Assembly: GCA_000004985.1 (NCBI GenBank)
Contig: GG738854.1
Length of the DNA: 64,000 bases
Source of the DNA: Naegleria gruberi
Taxonomy: Eukaryota
Strand: one strand, 5' to 3'
The position numbers were made by a program, and so were the translations under genes. This document shows, in pieces, positions 46,345 through 56,621 of this stretch. A model generated the notes under the pieces. It had not been told where the DNA came from. It searched no databases and was given only the letters and a program-made list of their open reading frames with translations. Numbering within the stretch: the stretch's first letter is position 1; the number at the start of each line of letters is the position of its first letter.

Positions 46345-47472
46345 CTAGTTGAATGTATTCCACAAATTCATCAAAGTTCTGTCCTTAATAGAATAAGGAA
46401 CATCCAAAATTCCTCTCAAAATCTTGAGCATATCTAACCCCATCGTTAGTCCAAGGAAACCAGCAATTTCACCAAACAAACTTTCAATTGAAGAAGTGAC
46501 AACCTCGGTAATGTAATTCACATTCAATGTAGCGTATGCAACAGATATCACAACCAATGTTTCGTCTGCTCCAATTAGCTCAACATCAGAAGTTACAGGC
46601 TCCCATCTAACATCGACTAATTGTGGATTAATAGGAGTTGTTTTTAATCTTGAAGTGATAATTTTGGTCAACATGAAATAATTGTCTCTTCTTGGAACTG
46701 CAAAGTTTGTTTCTCCAACTAGATCAGGCATTGTTCCATTTGAATGGAATGACACCTGCAGGCCAACTCTCGAGTAGTCGCTTACATCTGATCCTGTTGG
46801 TCTTGGTACTCGAACAAAGAATGACAAACTACCAGTATAACCTGTATAATTTGCAGTCACAACATTAATGGATCGATTGTTGAAAACATAGCACCTAAAC
46901 AATGAATCATCTTGTCGTATTTCCTTATATTCAGCTTGTTGTAGGTATTCAGGAATATCTTTTTGGATATCAGCCCTAAACACTTTCTCCAATCTCAGCC
47001 CACAATAACTACAGTTATTTGTTAGTGCATTCCAATTACAAATTGAAATAGCTGGAAAGGGAAGCGGTACCTCCTCAACATATGACAAAGAGGTGGTTGG
47101 ATTATTAATCGCATCCACAAAGTTCACAATTGAATTAATCGAATACCATAACGAAACACCAATCATTACAATCCAACCAATAGCTGTTAATATCTGATAC
47201 CATCTCAGAGGTATCTGCCATCCACAAATAGTTCTCTTTCTTTTGTGCTTTTCAGATTCTGCAGGCTCATTATTTCCAAATTGATTATTCGTATTATTCT
47301 TAGATTTGTTTCCTCCAATAATTACATCAAATAAGGATAAATTCTTTGAGGATTTTCTTTTCGATAATTTCTTTCCAATTGTTGGAATTTCCACTTCATG
47401 AGGTGAATCCAATCGGGTAGTATTTTGTTGAGCAACTTGTTGAGGGTTATTTGAAGAATTATTCTTCATCAT
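46345..47472 (-). CDS. Miniature DEG/ENaC/ASIC-like two-TM channel subunit (paralog A)
   Basis: 375 aa, true ATG at 47472. Cytoplasmic N-terminus; TM1 ILTAIGWIVMIGVSLWYSI; post-TM1 strand LPFPAISICNWNALTNNC (ASIC/ENaC hallmark FPAVT.CN.N); ectodomain of about 230 aa; pre-TM2 VVISVAYATLNVNYITEVV...LFGEIAGFLGLTMGL (compare ASIC LDIFFEALNYETIE...LLGDIGGQMGLFIGAS). Confidence 0.6.
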   Translation of the reverse strand: MMKNNSSNNPQQVAQQNTTRLDSPHEVEIPTIGKKLSKRKSSKNLSLFDVIIGGNKSKNNTNNQFGNNEPAESEKHKRKRTICGWQIPLRWYQILTAIGWIVMIGVSLWYSINSIVNFVDAINNPTTSLSYVEEVPLPFPAISICNWNALTNNCSYCGLRLEKVFRADIQKDIPEYLQQAEYKEIRQDDSLFRCYVFNNRSINVVTANYTGYTGSLSFFVRVPRPTGSDVSDYSRVGLQVSFHSNGTMPDLVGETNFAVPRRDNYFMLTKIITSRLKTTPINPQLVDVRWEPVTSDVELIGADETLVVISVAYATLNVNYITEVVTSSIESLFGEIAGFLGLTMGLDMLKILRGILDVPYSIKDRTLMNLWNTFN

Positions 47473-47912
47473 CAGTGATAAGATAAGGATTCGAGGTGTT
47501 ATTTCCTACTCCAAATACAACTTGTGGTGTTGGTGTCATTACGAAATTTTGTACATCCTGTGATATAGGTTGGCTAAAGCTCTCCACGGTTACTGTTTTA
47601 TGATTCCTCATTGCTTCATTCTCTATCACTTGAAGAATAATATCTTGTGCCCTAGTTTGTCTATCCTCAATTTCCTCTATTTTTGGAGTCAAGACTACTT
47701 CATCATCCCGATAAATATTTGAATTATTTGAAATTTGATATTCTTTAACTGGAGAAGATATAGATTCTTGTTCGGAATGATCTTGTTGATTTAGTTGTTG
47801 ATGATTTGTAGGCGACGATGGTCTATACAAATCTCTCACCACTGAAGAACTAACCTTCTGAAAGAATGGATCGTCTTCAACGGGCATAATCTCTGGTGCA
47901 CTTTTCATCTTT
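47459..47912 (-). CDS. Upstream acidic/Ser-rich ORF overlapping the channel start by 14 nt in a different frame; either a separate small gene or the channel's 5' region with a 1-nt indel
   Basis: First ATG gives MKSAPEIMPVEDDPFFQKV...PYLITDDEE* ending at 47459, whereas the channel ATG is at 47472. No intron can be placed between them. Confidence 0.25.
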
Positions 47913-48010
47913 TTTTTAAGGTTGAATTTGTTTGGCTGAACATATAAATTTACTGTATTTGAAAGTGGCGGGAAGAATGGTTGTAGAATTTGTAAGGAAC
48001 TTGAAAAAAA

Positions 48011-49177
48011 ATGCTGAACAAGAAAAAGACGGTTCAATTCTCTGATATTTTAAAAGAGGAGGTGGAGAATGATGTTTATTCAGTACAAAAAACAACTTCA
48101 ACCAAGGCCAATAATACTGCTACTACTATTTCTCCAGAGGATATCAAGTCGATCAAGGAAAAGTTGGAAAAACCAATTTCTAGAGAAGTTGCTATGGAAA
48201 TTAAAAAGAAGGCGATATTAACTTCGGATAGTGATGCTGTGCAAGATTATTTATTTGAGGAAGATGGTGGACAGGAAGGCGAGGAGGAAGAGGATCCGAG
48301 TGATTGTTTGGAAAGAAGAATAGGAGTTAAAGTTAAGGATGTGATTTTGATTTATGCATGGTTGATATTGGGAGCATTATTGATTTATTATGTTTATTCA
48401 TCAGTTAATACCTATGTTGTGGACAGAAACAAGCCAGCGACCAATGTTGCATACACAGCTCAATCAAAACTCTCATTTCCTGCTGTCACAATATGCAATT
48501 GGAATACTGGAGATGATCCTGTGAATGATATTGCCTTGGATTATTGTTTTCATGCAACGTCAAATGATTCAACTCACGAAGAATGCAAATTTCCAATTAC
48601 AAAGAAGAAAATTGTTAGTGGAGATCAGATTTTCTCCTGCCTAGTTCTGAATAATGACACCAGAACTCCTCTCCAAGCCACAAAAACAGGTTATTTGGGC
48701 ACCATCTCTGTAATTGTGACCATCAAAAATGTTACATTATCCTCTGGAGAGATTAGATCCTCTGGAGTCCAAGTTACCTTCCACAATATTGGAGAAACAG
48801 CACAAGATTTGCTTCTCAATGAAACAAAGTGTGCAACTCCAAACTTTGATAATAATTTCTCAATTTCTAAAGTTGTGAGCCACACCATTAGACCAACACC
48901 ATTTACCAAAACTTTTTGGGAATCCTCTTATTCAGCAGTAGAATTGGTAAAACAGAGGAATAACAAGATTATGGTTTCATTTGCTTACAACACGCTGAAC
49001 ATACAACAGGTAACAGAATATGAAGCAAGTAACTGGCTACAATTATTAGGAGAAATTTCAGGCATGGCCAGCACACTTTATGGATTTGGATTTGTTATGT
49101 TTTGGAGAACATGTTTGTGGTTACCAATAGCAATCAAGAAAAAGTCTGTAAAGGTAGTTTGGGAGGAGCTGAACTGA
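48011..49177 (+). CDS. Miniature DEG/ENaC/ASIC-like two-TM channel subunit (paralog B)
   Basis: 388 aa, true ATG at 48011. TM1 VILIYAWLILGALLIYYVYS; post-TM1 LSFPAVTICNWNTGDDP; ectodomain colinear with paralog A (TGYLGTISVIV..VQVTFHN..); pre-TM2/TM2 MVSFAYNTLNIQQVTEYEASNWLQLLGEISGMASTLYGFGFVMFW. Confidence 0.6.
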   Translation: MLNKKKTVQFSDILKEEVENDVYSVQKTTSTKANNTATTISPEDIKSIKEKLEKPISREVAMEIKKKAILTSDSDAVQDYLFEEDGGQEGEEEEDPSDCLERRIGVKVKDVILIYAWLILGALLIYYVYSSVNTYVVDRNKPATNVAYTAQSKLSFPAVTICNWNTGDDPVNDIALDYCFHATSNDSTHEECKFPITKKKIVSGDQIFSCLVLNNDTRTPLQATKTGYLGTISVIVTIKNVTLSSGEIRSSGVQVTFHNIGETAQDLLLNETKCATPNFDNNFSISKVVSHTIRPTPFTKTFWESSYSAVELVKQRNNKIMVSFAYNTLNIQQVTEYEASNWLQLLGEISGMASTLYGFGFVMFWRTCLWLPIAIKKKSVKVVWEELN

Positions 49178-49233
49178 AACTTCTATTTTACCAATTTGCA
49201 AACAATTTAAATAATTTAACAATTGCTTGTTAA

Positions 49234-50010
49234 TTATTTATTTGGGAAGGCCAAAGTGTAGAATTCCTTCCAATTCATTGTCTTTCCATCTTTCCAATTT
49301 GCATTAATATATTGAGCCATGTGTGGGAAGGCAGTAATTACCATTTGTCTAAAATCCAAAGCAATAGCAGAATCAGATTGCTCTCTTGGTCCATCTCCAA
49401 AGATTCTTCTTATGACATTGAAAATTCTTACTGCTGCACTGGAGCCAATTTGACCAACAACATACCAAAAGTAATCCCACAATGTTACTAATTGATCAGA
49501 CATTTCATCATAATCTCCTTGTGTTCTGTACTTATGGCTTGCTCCTGGTGGAGGTGGAGTTGGATCAACAAATCTATCAATGAGAGAAAAGACAGTTCTA
49601 AAAGCTTTTTCACCAAGAATACTCAATACTTGGAAGAAATATCCAGCAAGGCTTTCGTCTGATAATTGCATGTTAGCAGCAAGATCAGCACTTTCAATAT
49701 ACTTAATCTTGCTCTTGTCTATTACTTGCAATGCTTTTATAATCAATTGTTTTGTTTGTTGTAAACCAAACTTATTGACAATTCTCAAAAAGTGGGCCAT
49801 CAAACTCTCCTCGACAACATCAGCTTCTTCTTGATAGGTACTTCTTCTTTCAATCTTTTTAATGAGTTTATCAACACGCTTGTCAATAATCTTGTTAAAC
49901 AAACGTTTTACTTGAGTTCTTTCCTCTCTAGTCAATTGAGAGCCTGTAATACCAACAGCCAGCAAACAAACCAAAAGGAATGTAGCAATTACAAAGGTTG
50001 ATCTTTGCAT
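49234..50010 (-). CDS. Secreted hypothetical protein
   Basis: True ATG at 50010; signal peptide MQRSTFVIATFLLVCLLAVGITGS; 258 aa with no recognisable domain. Confidence 0.4.
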   Translation of the reverse strand: MQRSTFVIATFLLVCLLAVGITGSQLTREERTQVKRLFNKIIDKRVDKLIKKIERRSTYQEEADVVEESLMAHFLRIVNKFGLQQTKQLIIKALQVIDKSKIKYIESADLAANMQLSDESLAGYFFQVLSILGEKAFRTVFSLIDRFVDPTPPPPGASHKYRTQGDYDEMSDQLVTLWDYFWYVVGQIGSSAAVRIFNVIRRIFGDGPREQSDSAIALDFRQMVITAFPHMAQYINANWKDGKTMNWKEFYTLAFPNK

Positions 50011-50335
50011 GTTAATTTTTTTTCAGATAACACAACCAGTTGGCATCAATTCTCGTTTTAAATGAGAGTATTGGTCAACCGCTCATCCATCCTCAAGCCC
50101 CAATATGGAAACTTAAAGTCTGGACTATTCCTCAAGTCCTTCCAACACGAATTGTAGACGTTTGACAGTTTTCTAAGGATCATCCATATGGTGATTTTAC
50201 AAAATTATTACAATTCCAATTAGAATCAACCTTCTCCTTAACATCAATAAGTTAGCATACAGTGAGTGCAGAAGTGCAAAATCAGATTTTGCAAGATAAT
50301 CAAATTTTACGAAACTATTTTTAAACAAGAAAAAA

Positions 50336-50998
50336 ATGTTGCAACAAGAAAATGTCAACATGTTGGAGAATAACAATATTTGGCTCATTGATGGCTTGGT
50401 CTCGGAGGAGGAATGCCAGGAAATTATAACAAATGAATGTGAAAAGAAGGAATTTGAGAGTGGAACTTATAATAATGCACAAGACCGTTCCATCAGAAAT
50501 AATTCTCGGCTCATCATGGATAATCAAAATTATTCTAATTGGTTATGGACACGAGTTAAAGATTATATTCCAAAATTGGCATCCGAGCTCAGCAATAAGT
50601 GTGTGAGAAGAGCTACAACTATTGGTTATGAATTATGTGAATTGAGCGATAAGATTAGATTTTACAGATATTACAAGGGTGAATTTTTTGCTCCTCATTC
50701 AGATGGTGGAATTGTATTGGAAAGTGTGGAAACTATTGATGGAGAGGAATATTATGTGACCAAAAAGAGTTTTCTCACTTTATTGTTGTATCTGAATGAA
50801 ATTCCAAATGGAGGGGGTGAAACTGAATTTCTCAACAAGAATACTAAACAAGTGGAGTGGTCTGTAGAGCCAAAACCTGGAAGGATTTTACTGTTCGTTC
50901 ATGAAAATTATCATCAAGCCAAAACTGTGAATCAGGATGGAGATGTAAAGTTTGTGATGAGAACTGATGTGCTTTATAGACATCTAACCAAAAAATAA
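50336..50998 (+). CDS. 2-oxoglutarate/Fe(II)-dependent oxygenase (prolyl-4-hydroxylase-like)
   Basis: RFYRYYKGEFFAPHSDGG (HxD), ...NGGGETEF..., PKPGRILLFVHENYHQAKTVNQDGDVKFVMRTDV (distal His / basic 2OG-binding residue). True ATG at 50336. Confidence 0.6.
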   Translation: MLQQENVNMLENNNIWLIDGLVSEEECQEIITNECEKKEFESGTYNNAQDRSIRNNSRLIMDNQNYSNWLWTRVKDYIPKLASELSNKCVRRATTIGYELCELSDKIRFYRYYKGEFFAPHSDGGIVLESVETIDGEEYYVTKKSFLTLLLYLNEIPNGGGETEFLNKNTKQVEWSVEPKPGRILLFVHENYHQAKTVNQDGDVKFVMRTDVLYRHLTKK

Positions 50999-51338
50999 AC
51001 TGGACTAATGGGCTTGAATGTTGTCTAATGTTTATTAGATTTTCATTGATTTTCCAGTTTTACAATGAAAATATGTGGAAAAGAAATGAGTCATTTCTCA
51101 TATTCGAATCCTTTTTGATTGTAATAATTCCATTGTCCAATCATTTCCTACTCGTCACTTTTAAACCATTACAATTCTGGTTAAGGCCAGATTAGTAGGT
51201 TTGGAAATCAAGTTGAAAATAAATTCCAAATTGATTTTTTATTTTTAAATTCATAAAAAAATTCAAGAGAGTTCTCTTAACAAGCACAAAATAACGTCAA
51301 GTTTAACGCTATTTTCCAAACAAAACCACAGAAACAAC

Positions 51339-52322
51339 ATGGACAGTTTTATTAACGGCAACCATTACGATGATGCAATGATCAATACTGATGACGATGA
51401 TTTCCTCTCCTATGATGAAATCATTAATTATAAATCCCAACAACAACAACAAGAACCATTACACTCCAACTCTTCAGTTGGCTCTGAAGTGTCGGATGAT
51501 GAGTGGTTTTTGAATATGGATCAACCCATCTCTCCTGTACAGGCTGGATTAGAAGACTTTAAACAATTTAGCTCGAGTCCTCCTCCTGCAGATGATCAGG
51601 CTTGTTTACCTTCTTTTGATGATATTTGCCAACAACTTAAAGGCAACAACAACGCTGCTCAATCACCTTGTAGTCTCTCAGTTTTCTCAAGTGATAGTAA
51701 TCACTCTCAAGAATCTGTTTGTAGCTACAATACAGATTCTACTCTAAATAATAGAAGCAGCAAGTTTGAAACCTCCAAGTTTGTACAAGAAAAGAAGAGA
51801 GGTAAGAAGGCAAAGCAAGAAGAAGAGAAAACAGTCAGAAAGAGAGCCAAGAAGGAAGTCAGCAGTAAAATATGGCAACACAACAAATTCTCTGCCAGTG
51901 CTTCCTATGTAGAGATTAACACTACTACACCACAAGTTAACATTACTTTTGAAGTGTTTCAGACTAAGAGAAGACAAAATGCTCCTTTGGAGTCTGATAA
52001 GAATGACATTCACAAGATTTGTGAAATCTCCTTCCAAATGTCAAACTTGAACACCACAAAGACTAATTATGTATCTCTGAAAGGTCGTTTGGATAAAGAG
52101 GCGATCTATGGTACCGAAAAGGTCACTAAATTCTACACATGGATAAGATTGAAGGGTACTGAAGAGTATCTTTTTCTCTATTGCCAAACTGGAAAGACCA
52201 CAGAGGTGCATAATATTGTAAATTATGATAATGGAAGACTCGGCACAAGATCCGATCATCTTTCCAAATACTCTGGCAAGTGTTCCAACACTGCCCAAGT
52301 TATTAGGTCCAAACCATACTAG
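51339..52322 (+). CDS. Hypothetical protein with acidic N-terminus, QQQQQ tract and basic KK/RK-rich central region
   Basis: 327-aa ORF, true ATG at 51339, no recognisable domain. Confidence 0.35.
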   Translation: MDSFINGNHYDDAMINTDDDDFLSYDEIINYKSQQQQQEPLHSNSSVGSEVSDDEWFLNMDQPISPVQAGLEDFKQFSSSPPPADDQACLPSFDDICQQLKGNNNAAQSPCSLSVFSSDSNHSQESVCSYNTDSTLNNRSSKFETSKFVQEKKRGKKAKQEEEKTVRKRAKKEVSSKIWQHNKFSASASYVEINTTTPQVNITFEVFQTKRRQNAPLESDKNDIHKICEISFQMSNLNTTKTNYVSLKGRLDKEAIYGTEKVTKFYTWIRLKGTEEYLFLYCQTGKTTEVHNIVNYDNGRLGTRSDHLSKYSGKCSNTAQVIRSKPY

Positions 52323-52676
52323 TACTAACCTACGGTATGCTATGAGCCTGTAAGGGAATATTTATTTTCATATGCAATATTACATATAATATCTTTCATA
52401 AGATGATTATCTTATGGTAAATATTATGGTAGTATCTGTATTTGAAAATAAGAATTCTCTTGTTTTCGTATTACAAAATAAACATTATTATTTCTTTATA
52501 AATTGAAAAACAGTTCATTTCAAAAAGGAAATGCAAAATGTTGTCATTTTCATACAATTCCTGCAACACTCTAACAAAGATTGAAGAAGTATTTTGAGTA
52601 TTAAATAGTTCATACAATTAATTGGACATAGACCTTCTTGTCAACTGGATATTTAAATCTGCAATTTATGTTTTAT

Positions 52677-53804
52677 TTACAAATCTACAACAACTTTACC
52701 ACTCTTTTCACCAGTGAACAAAGATTGTAAAGCCTTTGGAATATTTTCAAGCCCAGTAAACTTGGTTTCGAATGCCTTAAGCTTTCCTTGCAACAACCAT
52801 TGAACAAGTTGAGCAGTTCCTTCTTGGAATCGTGGCATGAAAGATGAGATAATAAATCCCTGAGTCTTCAATTCTCTAACAACATGGATTGTACTCAATC
52901 TCAAACCAGTTTCTGGATTTTGTTCATTGTAACTGCTAATAGCTCCACAAAATGAAATTCTACCTTTACAATTCATGGCCAAAGTTACAGCATCCAAAAT
53001 AAATCCACCAGTATTATCAAAATAACAATCGACACCTTTTGGACATTCTTCATCAATGGCCTTCTTCAACTCATTGACATTATTATTGAACTTTTTGTAA
53101 TTAATGACAGCATCAAATCCATTTTCAAGCAATTCCTTAACATTGTCATTTCCTGAAATACCAACAACTCTACATCCTAAAATTTTACCAATTTGTCCAA
53201 CAACACTTCCAACAGCACCAGAAGCAGCACTAACGACAATAGTTTCACCTTCCTTAGGAGCACAAATATCAATCAAACCAAAATAGGAAGTCAATCCTGG
53301 CATACCCAAAACACCCAAAAAATATGAAAGTGGAATTCCACTTACACCTTCTAATTTTCTCAAATAAACACTCTTATCACTCAAATCAACAACTTGTTCT
53401 AATACCCAAGGTAATGCACCATAGACAATATCTCCTTCCTTATAAGTTTCGGCAAGTTTAGCACCAACTTTGACAACCTTAGCAACAGCACCACCACTAA
53501 CTGGTTCATTGAGTGGGTATGGTCCAAAATATCCTTTTGGTGGTTGTGCACTCATTCTAATTCTCATATATGGATCTATTTTCAATGAATTTCATTTCCA
53601 ATCACGAAAAATTACTCAATTAAACAACTTATTAAATTTTCAATCTCACATACCAACAGAAAGATGCAACAAACGAACAACCAATTGTTCTTCACCCAAT
53701 TGATCAACATTTGGTAAAGCAATTTCTTCCAATTTGAAATTATCCTCCTTAATCAAACCTTCAGGATAGGAAACCAAGAGTAAACGTTTATTTGTTGTGG
53801 ACAT
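52677..53804 (-). CDS. NADP-dependent oxidoreductase of the MDR superfamily (prostaglandin reductase / Zta1-like), two exons
   Basis: Exon 1 53804-53654 (MSTTNKRLLLVSYPEGLIKEDNFKLEEIALPNVDQLGEEQLVVRLLHLSV) ends in phase 1 at GTATGT; 78-nt intron 53576-53653. Exon 2 53575-52677 (DPYMRIRM...SAASGAVGSVVGQIGKILGCRVVGISG..., Rossmann GxGxxG). Confidence 0.8.
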
Positions 53805-54131
53805 GATGATCGGGAATTAAAATGTTACTATGAGATTTTGGCCAATGGAGAAAAACTCTTGGAGATGGAGAGGTATTTTTTTTATGGTTTTTGGTCAACT
53901 TCCAACCACGGAAGTTATATGGAGAAGATTTCGCCAAGTAGAAATTCGCATAATTGATATTCATTGTGCGATAATAGTGAGTGCGTGCTGGATTTTTTGT
54001 AAACTTTTTGTAAATGGTGAGAAGCAATATATTGGTAAATTACATACGAGTCAACTTACCATTTGGTATTGAAATATAACTATAAGAATGAATTAAGGAA
54101 TAATTGGATTACTAAGCATTCTAGATTTCAA

Positions 54132-56366
54132 TTATTTTCGTTCAAGTGAAAATTGAACAAATAAGGCATGCAATATCTGCTCTGGTAGAAATGAAACTTT
54201 TTCGCAATCATTGAAAAGTTCCTTGCAATGTTCAATTCCAAATAATAACAATTCTCTGTAAAAATCTTTGAAGGAATCTAAGTGTAGATAATTTTTACAT
54301 GATATTGCAATTTTGTAATAATTTGCAGTTGTCAGAACGAAATTATTCTTGCAGAATTCGAGTAGGTTGCTTATTTCATGTCTCAATGCCAAATCAATTA
54401 ATTCAATCTGTTTTGTTGCATCAAATTTAAATGGTATTCCATAACAAGATTTGATAACAATTTCCAATAATTCCAAATCCTCTGAAGGGTCTGGAACAAA
54501 AACACCATCATCACTGAGATCACTAAACGATGATCCACTATCAAAGAGTGCATCAAAGAATATGCTAGAAGAGCTCAAAACAGTTTTGTGGCAATACAAA
54601 TACTTGTCTAGCCCTAGTTTCACTTTGATGTCACCTGTTTTCTCGTCATTGTATAGGTCAACGAGGCCTCTTGGAGGAATTTCAACTTTTTCATCAAGGT
54701 TGATGATTGTCTTTTGAGGTATTGCCATTTTTTGAATAATCGAAACACTATTCTTAAGAACAATTGGACTATTTCCGAGTGGAACGCTATTTTCAGTGGA
54801 TTTTAAACGAAGTGCAGCATATTCCACAAAGTATTCATGTATGTATTCAAAAATCTTGTTTTGTAAGGATAGGTCTTCATTGCAGAATTTGAGATGTGTT
54901 TCAATTTGTTCCCATTGAGAGGTGAATCTTTCAACTGTAATTGACTCTACTAATTTCTTCACTAAATTCTTTTTCAAGTTGATAAATTCACCATTTTCAA
55001 ACAATCCCAATAACGATAAAACATTCAATATCTCATGTTCCATGAATTCCAAATTATCATTTTGATATATGAGTGAGTTAATCAATCGTTGAATTATTTC
55101 TCTTTGGCATAAATTAATCTTACTAAGAAGGTATTCATTTTGCAAAATAATTTTGCAAAATTGGGGTGATTTCTTTTCGATTAATGGGATAAATCCATAA
55201 ATATCCAAAATATTGATTTGATCTCTGGCTTGTTTCTTCAGTTTTGGAATGTGTGTAGAAGTAATTCCAATATGTGGGTAACGTGAGATATCGAAAAATG
55301 AATCACCACTATTTCCTTCTCTTCCATTTCCTGCAATTGTTACAATATTTCCATTTTGTAATATCTTTCTAATTCTTTGATTACTTTGATCGGCAATATA
55401 AACTTCATTTGATGAGACAAAAACACTTGAAGGCCGATTGAGCATTGTATCAATTGCAGGCACATTATCATCACCATACCCTTCCTTTCCATTTCCTGCA
55501 ATTGTTGCAATATTTCCATTTGCTAAAATCTTTCTAATTCTATGGTTGCCAGTGTCTGCAATATAGACTTCACCATTTGATGAAACAAAAACACTTTTTG
55601 GAAAATTGAGAGAAGTATTTGTTGCCAATATGTTATCCTCATGAAATCCCACGAGTCCATTTCCTGCAATTGTTACAATATTTCCATTTCTCAATATTTT
55701 TCTAATTCTATGGTTGCCAGTGTCAGCAATATAAACTTCATTATTTGATGTCACGAATACACTTGAAGGCCGATTGAGCATTGCATTAACTGCAGGCACA
55801 TTATCATCACCATACCCTTCCTTTCCATTTCCTGCAATGGTTACAATATTTCCATTCGACTCAATCTTTCTAATTTTGTTACGGTTTTGATCTGCAATAT
55901 AAACTTCATCATTTAATGTCACGAAAACACCTGAAGGACGATTAAGCATTGCATTAATCGCAAGTCTATTATATACTCCTTTACCATTTACATTATTTCC
56001 AGCAATTGTTATAATATTTCCATTTGTTAAAATCTTTCTAATTCGATTATTAAAATAATCAGCAATATAAACTTCATTATATGGAGAAACAAACACTCCG
56101 ATTGGATAATTCAGCATGGCATTAGTTGCAGGACCATTATCACCACTAAATCCATTTTGTCCATTTCCTGCAATTGTCACCATTTTTCCATTGGTTAATA
56201 CCTTCCGAATTTTATGATTGCCAATATCAGCAATGTACACTTCGCCATTCGATGAAACAAAAACACTTGAAGGACCTTTAAAGTTTGCATTGGTCGCTAG
56301 TAACAGTTGCATTTTCAGTTTTTTAAGCCTTGATTTTTTATCTTCAGTTGTTGCTCTTCTTTTCAT
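54132..56366 (-). CDS. NHL-repeat + BTB-domain protein (paralog B, intact)
   Basis: First ATG 56366 (MKRRATTEDKK...); the track start at 56411 is TTG. Seven or more NHL repeats (SVFVSSNGEVYIADIGNHKIRKVLTNGKMVTIAGNG...) are followed by the BTB region KYLYCHKTVLSSSSIFFDALFDSGSSFSDLSDDGVFVPDPSEDLELLEIVIKSCYGI. 745 aa, intronless. Confidence 0.8.
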   Translation of the reverse strand: MKRRATTEDKKSRLKKLKMQLLLATNANFKGPSSVFVSSNGEVYIADIGNHKIRKVLTNGKMVTIAGNGQNGFSGDNGPATNAMLNYPIGVFVSPYNEVYIADYFNNRIRKILTNGNIITIAGNNVNGKGVYNRLAINAMLNRPSGVFVTLNDEVYIADQNRNKIRKIESNGNIVTIAGNGKEGYGDDNVPAVNAMLNRPSSVFVTSNNEVYIADTGNHRIRKILRNGNIVTIAGNGLVGFHEDNILATNTSLNFPKSVFVSSNGEVYIADTGNHRIRKILANGNIATIAGNGKEGYGDDNVPAIDTMLNRPSSVFVSSNEVYIADQSNQRIRKILQNGNIVTIAGNGREGNSGDSFFDISRYPHIGITSTHIPKLKKQARDQINILDIYGFIPLIEKKSPQFCKIILQNEYLLSKINLCQREIIQRLINSLIYQNDNLEFMEHEILNVLSLLGLFENGEFINLKKNLVKKLVESITVERFTSQWEQIETHLKFCNEDLSLQNKIFEYIHEYFVEYAALRLKSTENSVPLGNSPIVLKNSVSIIQKMAIPQKTIINLDEKVEIPPRGLVDLYNDEKTGDIKVKLGLDKYLYCHKTVLSSSSIFFDALFDSGSSFSDLSDDGVFVPDPSEDLELLEIVIKSCYGIPFKFDATKQIELIDLALRHEISNLLEFCKNNFVLTTANYYKIAISCKNYLHLDSFKDFYRELLLFGIEHCKELFNDCEKVSFLPEQILHALFVQFSLERK

Positions 56367-56621
56367 TTTTTTTGAAAATAGACAAAAAAGCAGTGTTTCT
56401 AATCTAGTCAATATTACAATGGAGAATTGTACATCAAGGTTTCTCTTAATGATTAATTGATCAACAAGATTCTTCAGATAGTCATATTTTATTTAAAAAT
56501 ATTACATATTACCTCCAATGAAAACCAAAAGGAATCGTGTTGTAAGGAGAATGTATTATTTCCATTTATAGATGATTATCCTGAAATCCACTTTATAAAA
56601 TCAATTGACAAATGATGCTCA

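Noticed and set aside
47459-47472. Splicing the upstream acidic ORF (ending 47459) to the channel ORF (ATG 47472) via an intron
   Set aside because: The two frames overlap by 14 nt with no GT...AG pair that could be excised, so only a 1-nt indel or two separate genes can explain it; left unresolved rather than forced into a model.
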